DNA of 64,000 bases from the human T2T-CHM13v2.0 reference genome, Homo sapiens: NCBI RefSeq assembly GCF_009914755.1, contig NC_060930.1; one strand, given 5' to 3'. Numbering within the stretch: position 1 is the first letter of the stretch; each line of letters starts with the position of its first letter. Shown in pieces: positions 14,403-30,407 of this stretch. The position numbers were made by a program, and so were the translations under genes. The notes below the pieces were generated by a model. The model was not told where the DNA came from. It made no database searches and worked only from the letters and a program-made list of their open reading frames with translations.

Positions 14403-14575
14403 AGAGCAGCTTTCTGTGAACTTGAATGTGATTGTGAGTCACCCGGGGATCTTGTTAAAATGCAGATTCTGGTTCAGCATATCTGGGGTAGGGCCTGACA
14501 CTCTGCATTTTTAACAAGCTCCCTGGTGCGGCTGATCCTAGGGTCTATGTATAGACCATGCTTTCAGTAGCAAGG
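14403..14575. mobile_element. MER5A/B hAT element
   Basis: cttgttaaaatgcagattctggttcag...ctctgcatttttaacaagctccc internal palindromic core. Confidence 0.85.
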
Positions 14576-15639
14576 AGTTAGAGGACACGCCAGCTGGAAG
14601 GCAGAGGGATCTTATACACCTGGGTTAGGCATATATTTTCATTACTGTTTGCTGCATATTCCTGAGAGGACAGAATGTGGGGTGACTGTCCTTCAGTCTT
14701 TGATCTCCCCGCTGCACAGTTTGAATTAAGGCAGATAGCACTTTCATCTGGCCCTAGGGGCATCTGTCGGGGCCCTGGGACAGTTACCTGTACTTTTTGT
14801 CAACATTAATGCTGTCCTCCATTTCTGTGAATTGTGGAGAATATGGTCTTTTAAAGGATGCTAGAGGCAAAGCTAAAAGGACAATGCTAGAACTAGTCAT
14901 TTTTTTTTTTTTTGTCTCATTGCCCCAGAAGGTCAGGAAACTTGAGCAACAGTGTGAACAAGTCCACAGCTCCAGTTTCCCCAGGGCTACCAGGGGAAAC
15001 ACTCGAGGCTGTTCACCCTTAGCTAGCTTAAGCTCTGGTGAGGGGAATCATGTATGAATTTCACCTCCTTAAAACATCAGTGAAGGCGGTCGTTATTTGG
15101 ATCGTCCAAACTGTTTCCATGAGGAATGGAATGGAATCAGGAAACCTAAATTTAGATTAGGTGCAATGAAACTGTCTTCCTGAGACAGAAAAAGTAATTA
15201 TAGAAAGGCATTTCAAAGAAAAGTCTTGCTAATGTTTCTCGGGACCTTCCTCAGGGACAGATTACGGGGAGTGGAACCTGCCTGGATAGCCCATTACTTT
15301 TTTTTCCCAAGGCAGCCCCATGACCTGCTAGCTACCACAGGGAGCCAAGACAATGAGTGGAATCAGGCCGTGCGTGGGGCCAAGATAAACTGTGCTAATG
15401 TCCTGACCGTTCTGGATGGCTTAAGGCCTGGCTGCCGCCTCTGTGAGCACTGACGCCCTATACTCTGCCCCGTCTTCCTGGCCAGATAAGTCTCTCCCAC
15501 ATGTGACCACCCCCAAGACCACAACTAGCAAGACAGAAGCCATGCGTTATTTTACTAAATAACAACATTCTTGGAAAATTTCCCATATCTTATTTTCCCT
15601 TCAAAAAAATTTTTTGAACATGGCTCAAAACTCAAAACT

Positions 15640-15975
<336 letters not shown>

Positions 15976-15979
15976 CTAA

Positions 15980-16285
<306 letters not shown>

Positions 16286-16732
16286 CTAAGAAGGTACACT
16301 GGGACATTTTGCCCTTCTCTGTTCTATCCACCAAATTCCTCCTTTGCCCACTCTACATTATTATTTGAGTTTCTGTTTATCTTTACACTATTTTGTTATA
16401 CACATATGAATATTCTTCTATTTCTCTCTTATACAAAAGATATGGTTTTTCTGTTCCACACCTTGCCTTTCTTTTCACTTAATATATCATAGAGCTTTCT
16501 CCATGTCCATATGTGACATCCTTCTCACTCTTTTTGACAGCTGCAGATTATTCTAATACCTGAATGTATTAGATTTTATGCAACCAGTCTCCTAGTTGTT
16601 GGACTCTTGAGTAGTTTTCAGTCTCTTTTATTGCAAACAATGCTGCCAGAAGCATCCTTTTTCATGTGCTATTTTTTATGTGTACAGGTGTAACTAATGG
16701 CTAGATACTGAGACATGATGTTGGGGGATTAA

Positions 16733-17269
<537 letters not shown>

Positions 17270-18380
17270 GATTTCTTATCATGAGTAAAACAGAATATTG
17301 TCATACCTTTAAGGGCCATTTGTGAACTTTTGTGTCATGTCCTTTCCCCATTCCTATTACTGTAGGTTTTAAAAATCTTGATTTCTGGGAGCTATTAGGT
17401 ACTTAGGAGATCAGCGTTTGTTTACAAATTGCAATGTTTTGACTAGTTTTTCTTTTGTCTTTGGATTTTGTCTGTGTTTGTGTTTTTGTTGTTGTTGTTT
17501 GCCATGTTTAAGGTTTTTCTTTTTATGCATTTGATTTAATCATTATTTTCTCTTTAGGTTTTGAAAGTGGAATGATAGGTAGATAGATCTTCCCAACTGT
17601 AGTTCTATAATAAAATGTATCTATATTTTCTTAAATATTTATTTGATTTTATTTTTTCCATTTAAATTTTTTATCCATTTGGTATTTATCGTGATGTATG
17701 TTATGAACTATGGATCCAGCATTGCCTTTTACTCAATTGTCTTCATGCAATTTATTAAAGATGATTTGAGATGCCATCTTTTCCAGTTCAATTTCCTACA
17801 TGTGTTTGTCCCTGTTTTTGGAATTTCTACTCTGTCCACTGGTGTCTCCATTCATAGGTCAATATTAAAGTGTTTTAATCAATGAAGTCTTATATGCAAT
17901 ATCTGGAGATTTTCAAGGTTTGTTGGCTATTCTTGCTTGGATTTTGTTAGCTTCATTAAGTAGAATGAACATTGTAATGATGTTGAGTCTTTGCATTAAG
18001 AAACATGAGATACATTGTTTCATTTGTCTAAGTATACTTTTCTTCTCCTTCAACAGTATTTTAAAGTTTTTCTTAGGTACAGGTGTTGCCCATTTCATGT
18101 TAAGCTTACTTCTAGCTATTTTATCTTGCTTATTGCAATTATAAATAGCAAGATTATCTGTTTTTCTGTATATCGTTTGCAAATGTGAAGGCTACCTACT
18201 TTTTCATATTAATTTAAATCTTGCTACTTTACAAATATTGCAGTTTTATTCAATTCTCTTATGTGTTTTATAAGACAAATCAAATATTATACGATTTGCA
18301 AATAGTTTTATATCTATATTAATTTTTTTTCCTGCATTCATTTTTTATTTTGTTCTTTTCTTTAAAAAAAATTTTTATTC

Positions 18381-18403
18381 TGTGTGTGTGTGTGTGTGTG
18401 TGT
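18381..18403. repeat. (TG)n microsatellite in an L1PA tail
   Basis: ~11 TG units. Confidence 0.95.
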
Positions 18404-19315
18404 TTTAAGTTCCAGGGTATATATGCAGGATGTGCAGGTTTGTTAAATAGGCTAAATGTGTGCCATGGTGGTTTGCTGCACTTATGAACCCATCACCCAG
18501 GTATTAAGCCCAGCATGCATTAGCTCTTTTCCCTAATGCTCTCCCCGAGCCCCACCCTGCCCCAACAGGCCCCAGTAAGTGTTGTTCCCCTCCCTGTGTC
18601 CATGTATTCTCATTGTTCAGCTCCTACTTATAAGTGAGAACATGTGGCATTTGGTTTTCTGTTTCTGTGTTAGTTTTCTGAGGATAATGGCTCCCAGCTT
18701 CATCCATGTCCCTGCAAAGGGCATGATCTCATTCCTTTTTATGGCTGCATAGTATTCCACGGTGCATATGTACCACATTTTTTTTAATCCAGTCTATCAT
18801 TGATGGGGATTTGGGTTGATTCTATATCTTTGCTGTTGTGAATAGTGCTGCAGTGAACATACATGTGCATGTGTCTTTAGAACAGAATAATTTATATTCC
18901 TTTGGATACATACCCAGTAATGAGACTGCTGGGTCAAATGGCATTTCTGGTTCTAAATCTTTGAAGAATCACCACACTGCCTTCCACAATGGTTGAACTA
19001 ATTTACATTCCCACCAACAGTGTAAAAGTGTTCCTATTTCTCTGGAACATCACCAGCATCTGTTGTTTCTTGACTTTTTAATAATCACCATTCTGACTGG
19101 CACAAGTTGGTATCTCATTGTGGTTTTGATTTGCATTTCTCTAATGATCAGTGACGTTGGGCTATTTTTCACAGATTTCTTGGCCACATGTATGTCTTTT
19201 TTTGAGAAGTGTCTGTTCATATCTTTCACGTATTTTTTAATGGGGTTGTTTGTTTTCTTCTAAGTTTGCTTAAGCTCCTTGTAGATTCTGGATATTAGGC
19301 CTTTGTCAGGTGGAT
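18404..19315 (-). mobile_element. L1PA (about PA8-age) 3' ~0.9 kb
   Basis: aagttccagggtatatatgcaggatgtgcagg...tacccagtaatg...ttgagaagtgtctgttcata. Confidence 0.95.
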
Positions 19316-19685
19316 TAAGAGTTAGTTTTCCTCTTCCTTTTCAGTTCTTACACTACCGATTTTCTTCTGTTATCTAATGGCGAGAGTTAACACCTCCAAT
19401 GAAACATTAAATACCAGTGGTATAGTGGGCATCCTTGTGTTGTTCTGGGATTTCTATTTATATATCTTTTTCATGTTAGCAAAATACTTTTCAAGTTCTA
19501 TTTTATTGAATTTTAAAAATCAAGAATGGGCATTCTGTTGTATCAAATATCTTTTTAGTATTTGCAGAGATGATTTGTGAATTTTCTCTTTAAATCTCCT
19601 TAAATTTGACAAATTGTATCAATTGACTTCATGATGCCAAGTATTCTTAGATTTACAGAGTAAACCCCACTTGATTATGGTATAT

Positions 19686-19991
19686 TATTTTTATTATTAT
19701 TATTATTTGAGACTGGGTCTTGCTCTCTGTTGCCCAGACTAGAGTGTAGTGGCATGATCATAGCTCACTGCAGCCTTTATCTCAAGCTAGCTTCCTGCCT
19801 CAGCCTCCCAAGTAGCTAGGACTACAGGTGCATGCAATCATGCCTGGCTAATTTTTTTTTTTTTTTTTTTTTTTAGAGATGGAGTTTTGTTACATTGCCC
19901 AGGCTGATCTCAATCTCCTGGCCTCAAGCAATCCTCCTGCCTTGGCCTCCCAGTGTGCTGGGGTTACAGGCATGACCCATTGCACTTGGCC
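19686..19991 (-). mobile_element. AluJ
   Basis: (TTA)n tail; long poly-T mid-linker. Confidence 0.92.
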
Positions 19992-20705
19992 AGTGTATTA
20001 TTTTTATAAATGTGTTATTTGATTCTGACTGTCATCATATTTGAGATTCTTCTGTAGTTTTCTTTTTTATGTAAATTTTAAATCATATTTTGTTATTAAT
20101 ATTATACTTGCTTCATACAAAGAATTTTGCTCTGGTCAATCTCAATAGCATTTAAATTGCATGCTCTTTAAAGATTTGATAAGATTCTCCTTGGAAACCT
20201 GACGTGGTTCTACACATTTTACGTTCTAGCCAGTAAAGGAATCAGTGAGGCTGTTATTTGACCTAAAATTTTGATTTTTGCCAAAGCCTATCTTGCAGAA
20301 ACAGGTATCATCAGAGTCACATACTGAAAGCCAAAATTAAAGAACAAATCTAGAAAGTGGCAAGCAATAAAATGACACATATATATAAGAGAACAGTAAT
20401 TCAGTTAATAGCTGATCTTATGAGAAACCACAGAGGCCAGCAGGGTAGAACAACATCTTCAAAGTGCTTCAAGAAAAAGAAAGCTGTCAACTGGGAATTC
20501 TATACCCTTCAGAAATGAAGGAGAAAGAAAAACATTCTCAGATGAAAGAAAACTAAGACGATTTGATGCAAGCAGGCCAACACTATGAGAAATGCTAAAG
20601 GTAGTTCTTGAGGTTGAAGAGAAATAAAAAGAGATGGAAACTCAGAACCATGAATAAGAGTGAAGAGCACTAGAACTAATAACCATCTGGGTGAACAGAA
20701 AATGC

Positions 20706-21014
20706 TTTTTTTTTTTCTCTTTTTTTTTTTTTTTTTGAAACGGAGTTTTGTTGCCCAGGCTGGAGTGCAATGGCACAATCTTGGCTCGCCACAACCTCTC
20801 TGCCTCCCAGGCTCAAGCAATTCTCCTGCCTCAGCCTCCTGAGTAACTGGGATTACAGACATGAGGCACCATGCCTGGCTAATTTTGTATTTTTAGTAGA
20901 GACAGGGTTTCTCCATGTTGGTCAGGCTGGTCTTGGACTCCCAACCTCAGGTGATCCTCCTGCCTTGGCGTCCCAAAGTGCTGGGATTACAGGCATGAGC
21001 CACCGTGTCTGGCT
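20706..21014 (-). mobile_element. AluS (Sp/Sq-like) inside L1M
   Basis: Full dimer; TSD agaaaatgctttttt on both sides. Confidence 0.95.
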
Positions 21015-23685
21015 AGAAAATGCTTTTTTTTTTTTGCTTTTTTATCTTAATTTTGTATAGTCAATATAACTGTTTAAAGCAATCTATATCATTATCTTGT
21101 GGGGTTTCTAAGATATCCAGATGTGATACATGTAACAACTAAGGATAAAGGATTAGGGGGAAGTCAATATGGATCTTACGGAGTTGTAAGTCTTCTACAT
21201 TTTGTATGAAACCATAATGCATAAATGTAAGTGGACTGTAAGAAGTCCAATTCCTAAAGCAATCACCTACATAAATAATGCCAAGAAGTATAGCTAAAAA
21301 GCTAATAGGAAGAATAAACTTTAATTCCAAGTATCTAAAAAAATAGGTAACAGGAACAAAGAAACACAATATAGAAGGAACAAATACAAAATAATAAAAT
21401 CGTAGGCCCAATCATAAATATATCAATAAATACATGAATGCATTTAATCTAAACACTCCAATGTAATCTAAACACTCCATTTAGAATATAGCGATAGTAT
21501 GGATAAAAAGCAAGACCAAAATATATGCCATTTATAAGAGTTGCACTTTAAATATATAGAGAAAAATAGATGGAAAGTATATGGGTGGAAAAAGACTTAC
21601 CATGAAAACAGAAGGTGTAAGAAGACTGGTGTAGCTATATTAAAATAAGATATAAACAAAATTTTAAAGATAAAAGTATCACCAGAGATAAAGAGGGACA
21701 TTCTATAATAATAAATTTGGCAATCCACTAGAAATACATAACAGTAATAAATGTTTATGTGCCTAATAACAGAACTTAAAAATACTGGAAACAAAAATTG
21801 CCATTTCTAAGTTATAATTAGAGATTTTAATGCCATTCTCCCAAAGATAAAAGAACAGCTAGACAAATTAAATCAGAAACACATAGCTCTTTACAAAATT
21901 ATCAGCCATCTTGATCTACTCGATATTTATAGAATCCTACACCCAACATTTGAAAGAATACAAAAGATGCATTTTTTTCAAAAGCAATGTGGTATATTTG
22001 CCAAGATGGATAATATATTCAGCCATAAAACAAGTTTCAGTGAAGGATTCTAAAATAATGAAATCATACTTAGTATGCTCTTTGATCATGATGGGTTTAA
22101 ATTTGAAACAAATAGAAACAAGATATCTAGGAAAACCCCAAACATTTGGAAATTAAACAACATCTCCTAAGTAACTAATGAGTTAAAGAAAAAAATTGCA
22201 AGAAGAAGTTAGGAAATATTTTGAACTGAGTGATAAAAATGCAACACACCAAAATTTGGGGGATGCAGCTAAAACAGTGATTGAGACAAATCTATAGGTA
22301 GATCTTTTTCTTTCTTCTTAGATCTTTTTCTTTTATGAAGAGGTATTAATTTATACATATGAGATGTATAAATTAAAGAAAAACAAAAATATCTAAAATC
22401 AATGATTGACATTTCAACCTTATGAAATTACAAAAAGAAGCACAAAAATTAAGCCCAAATAAGTAGAAGGGAGAAAATAATAAAGGTAGCAGAAATCAAT
22501 GAAAGGAAAATTGGACAAGCAATAGAGACAGACAAAAACAAAAACTTGTTCTTTTAAAATGTTAATAAAATTCTTAAAACTCTAGCCAAAAGACACAAGT
22601 GCAAAATTACCAATATCAGAAAACGGGGCATCACTTCAGATTCTACAAACATTAAAAAGATCATAAGAGAATGCTACGTGTAGCTTTTGCCAACAAATTT
22701 GACAATTTAGATAAAATAGACAAATTTCTTAAGAAAAACAGATTACCAAATCAGAACCCCCCAAAATTAAGAACTTAAATATCCTTATATTAATTATAGA
22801 AACGCAGTTCATAATTAAGGAGCTTTGAACAGAGATAACTCCAGGCTCAGAGGTCTTCACCGGTGATTTTCATTAAATGTTTAAGAAATGAAATAGTTCA
22901 AAACAAACTCTTTCAGAAAACAAAGGAAGAGGGAATAATTAATTCGTTAAATGCAGCTAGCATTATCCTGATACTAAAACAAAAACATCACGAGAAATGA
23001 CATTATGTTGATACACCAAATAAACATAAGTGGTAAATTCCCTATCAAAATTTTGGCAAATCAAATCCAGTAATACGTATAAAAAGGGCAACACATTAAA
23101 CAAGTAGGGTTTAACAATGGAAAATAAATCAATGTATTTCACCACATTAACAGAGCAAAGACCAGAAAAATGATTATTTCAATTGACGTAGAAAAAAAAA
23201 GCATTTTATAAAAATTCAACACTCATTTATAATAGAAACTCTTAGCAAGGTAGCAAGGTAGGAATAAAAGGTGATTTTCTCCTAAATCTGATTTAAGAAT
23301 ACCTATGAATACTTAATGGATAACATTATGCTGAATATTGGAAGACAGAATACTTTCTCCTAAGATCAAAAATGAGGGAAAGATATCTACTTTTTACGGA
23401 GTTACTCAATATTTCACTGGAGTCTTCACCAATGTAATATACAAAAAAAGTAATAAAAAACATATAAACTGGAAAAGAAGTAAAATTCTATTTGTTTACA
23501 TATAAAACGATTTTGTACATAGAAAATTTTAAAGAATCTACAAAAAGTTACTAGAACTAATAAGTGAATGCAAAATGGTAAGACACAAGGTCAATAAACA
23601 AAATTTATATTTCTGTAGACTAACAGTGAACAATTAGAAAACTTAAAAAAATTCCATTTATAATAGCATAAAAATACTTGGGGAT

Positions 23686-24038
23686 TGTTACGGTCTGAAT
23701 GTTTGTGTCCTCCTTCCCTGCCACAAATTTGTATGTTGAAACTTAATTTCCAATGCGACAGCGTTAAGAGGTGAGGCCTTGAGGAGGTGACTAGATCATG
23801 AGGGTGGAGCCCTTATGAATAGGACTAGTGTTCTTATAAAAGAGGCCCAAGAAAGCTTGTTTACCTCTTCCATTATGTAAGAATGCAGCAAGAAGTCACT
23901 GTCTACAAGGAACTAGACATTTCTGGCACCTTGATCTTGAACTTCCCAGCCTCCAGGAGTCTGAGAAATAAATTTCTGTGGTTTACAAGCTACTCAGTTT
24001 GTGGAATTTTGTGATAAGAGCCTAAATGGACTAAGACA
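23686..24038 (+). mobile_element. MLT1A-type solo LTR
   Basis: tgttacggtctgaatgtttgtgtcc...aataaatttctgtgg...ctaagaca (TG...CA). Confidence 0.88.
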
Positions 24039-24303
24039 TGAATTTATCAAAAGATGGTAAGAACTTTACACTGAAAACCACAAAATCTTGCTGAGAAAAG
24101 CAAAAGCAGACATAAATATAGACATACATATTTGTGGATTAGAAGATTCAACATTGTTAAGACAGCAATTCTTCCTAAATTGATTTAAAGATTCAATGTT
24201 ATACCAATAAAAATCCTAATAGGCTTGTTTGAAAAAATTAACAAGCTGCTTATGAAATTTACAAGGAGAACCAAAGGCAAAGAATAGCAATAATAATTTT
24301 TTA

Positions 24304-24624
<321 letters not shown>

Positions 24625-24649
24625 TCAAAATTAGAGGATATATATCTCC

Positions 24650-25492
24650 AAGTGGAAAAACATGAACTGTTTCTCCGCTGCTCACCCACCATAACAGTCA
24701 ACACAGAAGACTTCTGTGGCCAAATATGTGATTTCTTCCCACCAACAAGCAAGCAATCAATTCTGCAGTGTACACCAGCTGGGTGTCCTCTAATTCAATT
24801 CAGTTCTAATACTACTTACCTGAAGGTAGCATCAGATCACACAGATTGAGAATTAGGTCCCTCAAGACTGAGTCCCATTTTCAATGCTAATCACACACCC
24901 CAGGTGTTTTACCTGTGCTTTTGACCCATCAAATAGAAATTGGAGTTCCCATCCTCCACCCCTTGGATTCAGTTAATTTTCTAGTGTGACTCAAAGAACT
25001 CAGGGAAATATTTGTTTATCAGTTTATTACAAAGGACATTACAAAGGATATAGATGAAGAGATGCATATGAAGTATGGAGGAGGGGGCATGGAGCTTCCA
25101 TGCCCTCCCAGGAACCTCCACGTGTTCAGCTATCCAGAAGCTCTCTGAACACTGCCTTTTTGGGCTTTTACAGAGGTTTTATTACATAGGCATGATTGAT
25201 TAAACTAAGCCATTGGTGATCAACTTAACTGTCAGCCCCTTTCTTTTCCCCAGAGGTTATGGGGTAGGCTGAAAGTCCCAATCCTATAATGATTTCTTGG
25301 TCTTTCTTGTAACCATCCCAATCCTATAATGATTTCTTGGTCTTGCCAGTGACCAGTCTCCATCTTGAAGCTACATAGGGGCTGTCAGTCATCAGTCAAC
25401 TCATTAGTGTACAAAAGGACATCGCTTTGGAGATTCTAAAAATTTTAGGAGGAAACAGATCTGAAACCAAATAGATATTTCACATTATCACA
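24650..25492 (-). mobile_element. MER21-type LTR
   Basis: Ends ccaaatagatatttcacattatcaca (reverse complement of the MER21 start); caccagctgggtgtcctctaattcaattc motif. Confidence 0.8.
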
Positions 25493-26629
25493 ATACGTAA
25501 TTTCAGAAGTTATGATAAAACTACATTATTCAATACAGTGTGTTATTGGTATAAAGCTAGACAAATAGATGAATAGAACAGAATAGAAAATCTGGAAATA
25601 GACCCACACTTATATGATTGATTAGTTTGCAATAAAGGTGCCAAGTAATGCAGTGTGGGAGGGATAGTCTTTTACAAGTGCTGAAATAATTATACATCTC
25701 TATGGATTAATAAAAAATTAACCTTGACCCTTACCTCATACTGTAAGCAAAAAGTAACTCAAAATGAATCATAAACCTAAATAAAAAAAGCTAAGACAAT
25801 AAAACTTATAGATAAAAACATAGGAGAAAGTCTTCGTGACATTCAGTTAATCAGAGTTTTCTTAAGGAGGACATGAAAAGCACTGATCGTAAGACAACAT
25901 TGACAAAATGGACTTTTGCAAAATTAAAAGCCTATACTTTTAGAAAGATACAATGAAGAATGTAAAAAGGCAAGTTGTAGATGGAGAGAAAATATTTGCA
26001 AAGCATATGTCTGTCAAAGGGCTTGTGTCCAGGATCTATAAAAAAACTTACAATTCCATAGTAAGAAGGCAAGCACAATGAAAAATTTGGCAAAAAGATT
26101 TGAACAAACTCTTCACACAAGGAGACATACGGATGGCAAATAAGCATATGAAAACGTACTCAACATCTCTAGTCAACAGGGAAATGCAAATTAAAACCAC
26201 AGCAAGATCCTACTACACACTCACTAGAATGACTAAGGTTAAAAAGACTGCTAGTATCAAGCGCTGGTGAGGAATGTGGAGTAACCCATACAGTTTAGTG
26301 GAAATGCAAAATGTTAACAGTCTTTTCTAGAAAGCTGACAACCCCAAATATTGGCAAACATTTAGGAGGGAACTACACCTCTCATTCATTGCTGGTGGAA
26401 GTATATAATGATACAGTCACTTTGGAGAACTGTTTGTTAGTTTTTAATAAAACTAAACATGTCAGGACTCAGCAATTCTACTCCTATGTATTTACCAAGA
26501 GAAACAAAAATATAGATCTACAAGAAGACTCGTACAAGAACATTTATAATCCTAAGCTGGGGAAAAAAGCCCAGATGTCCATTAACAGGAGAAGGGATAA
26601 ACAGTGACATTCATACAAAAGAATATTGC

Positions 26630-26721
26630 GTGCCTGTATCAAAACATCTCATGTACCCCATAAATATATACATCTACTAGGTACCCCCAGAATTTTTTTA
26701 AATAAAAAAGGAAAAAAAAAA
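26630..26721 (+). mobile_element. Very short L1MA 3' terminus inserted in L1M
   Basis: tgcctgtatcaaaacatctcatgtaccccataaatatataca plus A tail; flanked by aaaagaata on both sides. Confidence 0.8.
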
Positions 26722-27151
26722 GAATACTACCCAGCCACAAAAAAATGAAGAACTACTCATACATACATATGGATGAATCTCACAGACTAATGCTGTATGA
26801 AGGTGAACACATGATTTCATTTACTGTATATGAAGTTTAAGAAAAGGCACCGTTAATATATTGTTATATAAATCAGAACAGTTGTTGTCTATGAAGGAAC
26901 TCACCGGAAAAGGGTGCAAGGAAACTTTTTTGAAGCCATTGAACTATTCTGTCATGACAAGGCTGTTGGTTACATTGGTATATACATTTGTCAAAACTCA
27001 TCAAACTGTACACTTAAGATATGTGTATAAATCTTTCTCTAGGAAATATTATAAAGTGAAGTATTACAGGAAGAAAAGAAGCAAAAAGACATAGGGAATG
27101 GTGGAGACATTATTACTATTGTGAATTTGATTTTCCCCACCAGTTTGGAGC

Positions 27152-27309
27152 TTTTTTTTCTTTTCTTTTCTTTTTTTTTTTTTCCAGAGACAAGGGTCTT
27201 GCCATGGTGCCCAGTCTAGTCTCGAACTCCCGGGCTCAAGTAATCTTCCTGCCTCAGCCTCCAATCCTCAGCCTGCTGGGATTACAGGCATGAGCCACCA
27301 CGTCCAGCC
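27152..27309 (-). mobile_element. FLAM / Alu left monomer
   Basis: Monomer with T tail; TSD tttggagctt. Confidence 0.9.
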
Positions 27310-27327
27310 CATTTTGGAGCTTAAATC

Positions 27328-27330
<3 letters not shown>

Positions 27331-27359
<29 letters not shown>

Positions 27360-27640
27360 GAGACAGGGTCTCACTCTGTCACCAAGGCAGGAATGCAATG
27401 ACACAATCTTGGCTACTGCAACCTCCTCCTCCCGGGTTCAAGTGATTATCCTGCCTCAGCCTCCCAAGTGGGTGGGATTATAGGCATCCACCACCATGCC
27501 CAGCTAATTTTTATATTTTTAGTAGAGACAGGGTTTCACCATGTTGGCCAGGCTAGCCTAGGACTCCTGACCTCAAGTGATCTGCCTGCCTCAGCCTTCC
27601 AAAGGGCTGGGATTACAGGCATGAGCCACAGTGCCCAGCC
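27331..27640 (-). mobile_element. AluS
   Basis: ~29-T tail plus full dimer. Confidence 0.95.
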
Positions 27641-27849
27641 TTCTTTTTTCTTACTCCTCATCTTCTGTGCCAGAAGGTTTTTGTTTTCTTAATCAGTAAC
27701 TCTCTATTTGAAATTACTAGTCTAAAGCTCTTTGATTTTGTTGCTTTGAATTGGTTGATTTCATCAGGTTTAGATAATATTAAACTTTAAACTTTAAGGG
27801 GCTGAAGTTAATATTTATTAGACTCTTAATTATTAAACTCTTGTTATAT

Positions 27850-28040
27850 TCTTAATATGTTCTAGAAAAATATTATAGACACTGTATATACAATATTTTA
27901 TTTACCCTCACAGAAAACCTATGGAGTTCATGTTATTTATAGAAAAGTCAGCTCAGGTGGAGAGAAGTTACATAACTTGCACAGAGGCAGACAGTTAATT
28001 AGTGTTAAAGTTTGATTAGAACCCAGTTCTCCCGGATTTT
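27850..28040 (-). mobile_element. MIR (degraded)
   Basis: agagaagttacataacttgcacagagg...gattagaacccag. Confidence 0.55.
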
Positions 28041-28164
28041 TTTCATTTGACCCAATTCAGGTAAAACTACAGAGAAACAACTTTCTCACTGCCACTACTG
28101 CCCACTCCAAACTTCAGGTTCATGTTGCCCCTTCATTTCTTTCGGTTACCATGTTATTAGTTCG

Positions 28165-28452
28165 TTAATTCTTTAAATCATTTCGCAAGGATTTACTGTA
28201 CTGAGCACCTCTTCTGTGCCAGGAATGTGTTAGGTGCCTGCCGGGAAGGATTTCAAAATTGAGGGTGGAGACAGGAAAATAGACAACATCTGGTTGGCAG
28301 CATGTTAAGAGGTCAGTGTAAGATGGGTGTAGCCTCCGAGAGATCCTTAAAACATACTGGGGGTACTAAAAACAGATACTTAAAACAGGCTGGGGCAGGC
28401 AAGACTTCCTGAAAGGGATGAGGCCTGCACCAAGCCAGCTAGGTGAATAGGT
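28165..28452 (-). mobile_element. L2 fragment (probably resumes ~29200-29640)
   Basis: actgagcacctcttctgtgccagg...taggtgc; gacttcctgaaagggatg. Confidence 0.6.
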
Positions 28453-28467
28453 GAAACAGCAGTGGAG

Positions 28468-29164
<697 letters not shown>

Positions 29165-29888
29165 GACGTGCCTATCATTTTATCCGAAAAGTGGATGGAG
29201 TTCCAGTGGCAAAGGAATGAACAGTGGAGACAAGAGAGTTAAATAGGGTTTGACTCATTAAAGTCTCCGTATGCTGGGTTTCAATTTTATTCTGAGGCAA
29301 GGGCAGGGCATCCGAGGAGTTTAAGCTCCTTAAACACAGGGAATTGAATGTGCTTGTGTTTTGGGAAGATCACCCTAGCAGGATTAGAAAGGAAGAATCA
29401 AGCCGCTGTCGCTATAATACTGTCAAAACCTAATGAGTGTCTAACATAAGACAGCCACCATGAAGAAGGGTGAACCTGCCTTCTAATTAGTCAGGAAGAG
29501 ATTTCTTTCTCTTTCCTCTCTTTGTTGGTGTAAAGAGAAGAAAGGTGTAAAGTACAGATGGGTTTCAGGCTTGCACCTGAGAAGCTGGTGGTGATGCCTA
29601 CTGAGACGAGAATGCTAGGGGATCAGGTCTACTTAATGTTCCTTCCTAATCACAGACAAAACCTAAAGTGTGTGGACCCCAACCACTCCTACAACCATAT
29701 GCTGCAGCTATTCAAGGTGAGTTCTCAGGAGCAATTGTGTTGTTCTTCAACCTGAATATACTATATTTTTGTCTGATTGTTTGATCACATCATTATTCCC
29801 CTATTAATAACCTCTAATATGCATCTGCAGAAATGAGACCACTGGCTAGATGAAATTTATTGATTCTCTAAGAAAAATTATCTTCATT

Positions 29889-30208
<320 letters not shown>

Positions 30209-30299
30209 AAGAAAAATGATCATCATTGGCTAAATGAAGTAACTTAGTTAAACTTTTTTTCTTCTAAGAGCAGGAACACATGCATATACAAAAATCCTT

Positions 30300-30407
30300 G
30301 CCCCTTTTTCTTTCCTTTATTTTTCTTCCCCCTTTCTTCTTTCCTTCCTTCCTTCCACCTTCCTTTCTTCCTTCCTCTTTCTTCTTCTCTCCTTCTTCCT
30401 TCTCTCT
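30300..30407. repeat. Polypyrimidine (CTT/CCTT) low-complexity tract
   Basis: ~105 nt nearly all C/T. Confidence 0.9.

Noticed and set aside
14749-14763. CTCF-like tggccctaggggcat
   Set aside because: One G short of the AGRKGGC core spacing
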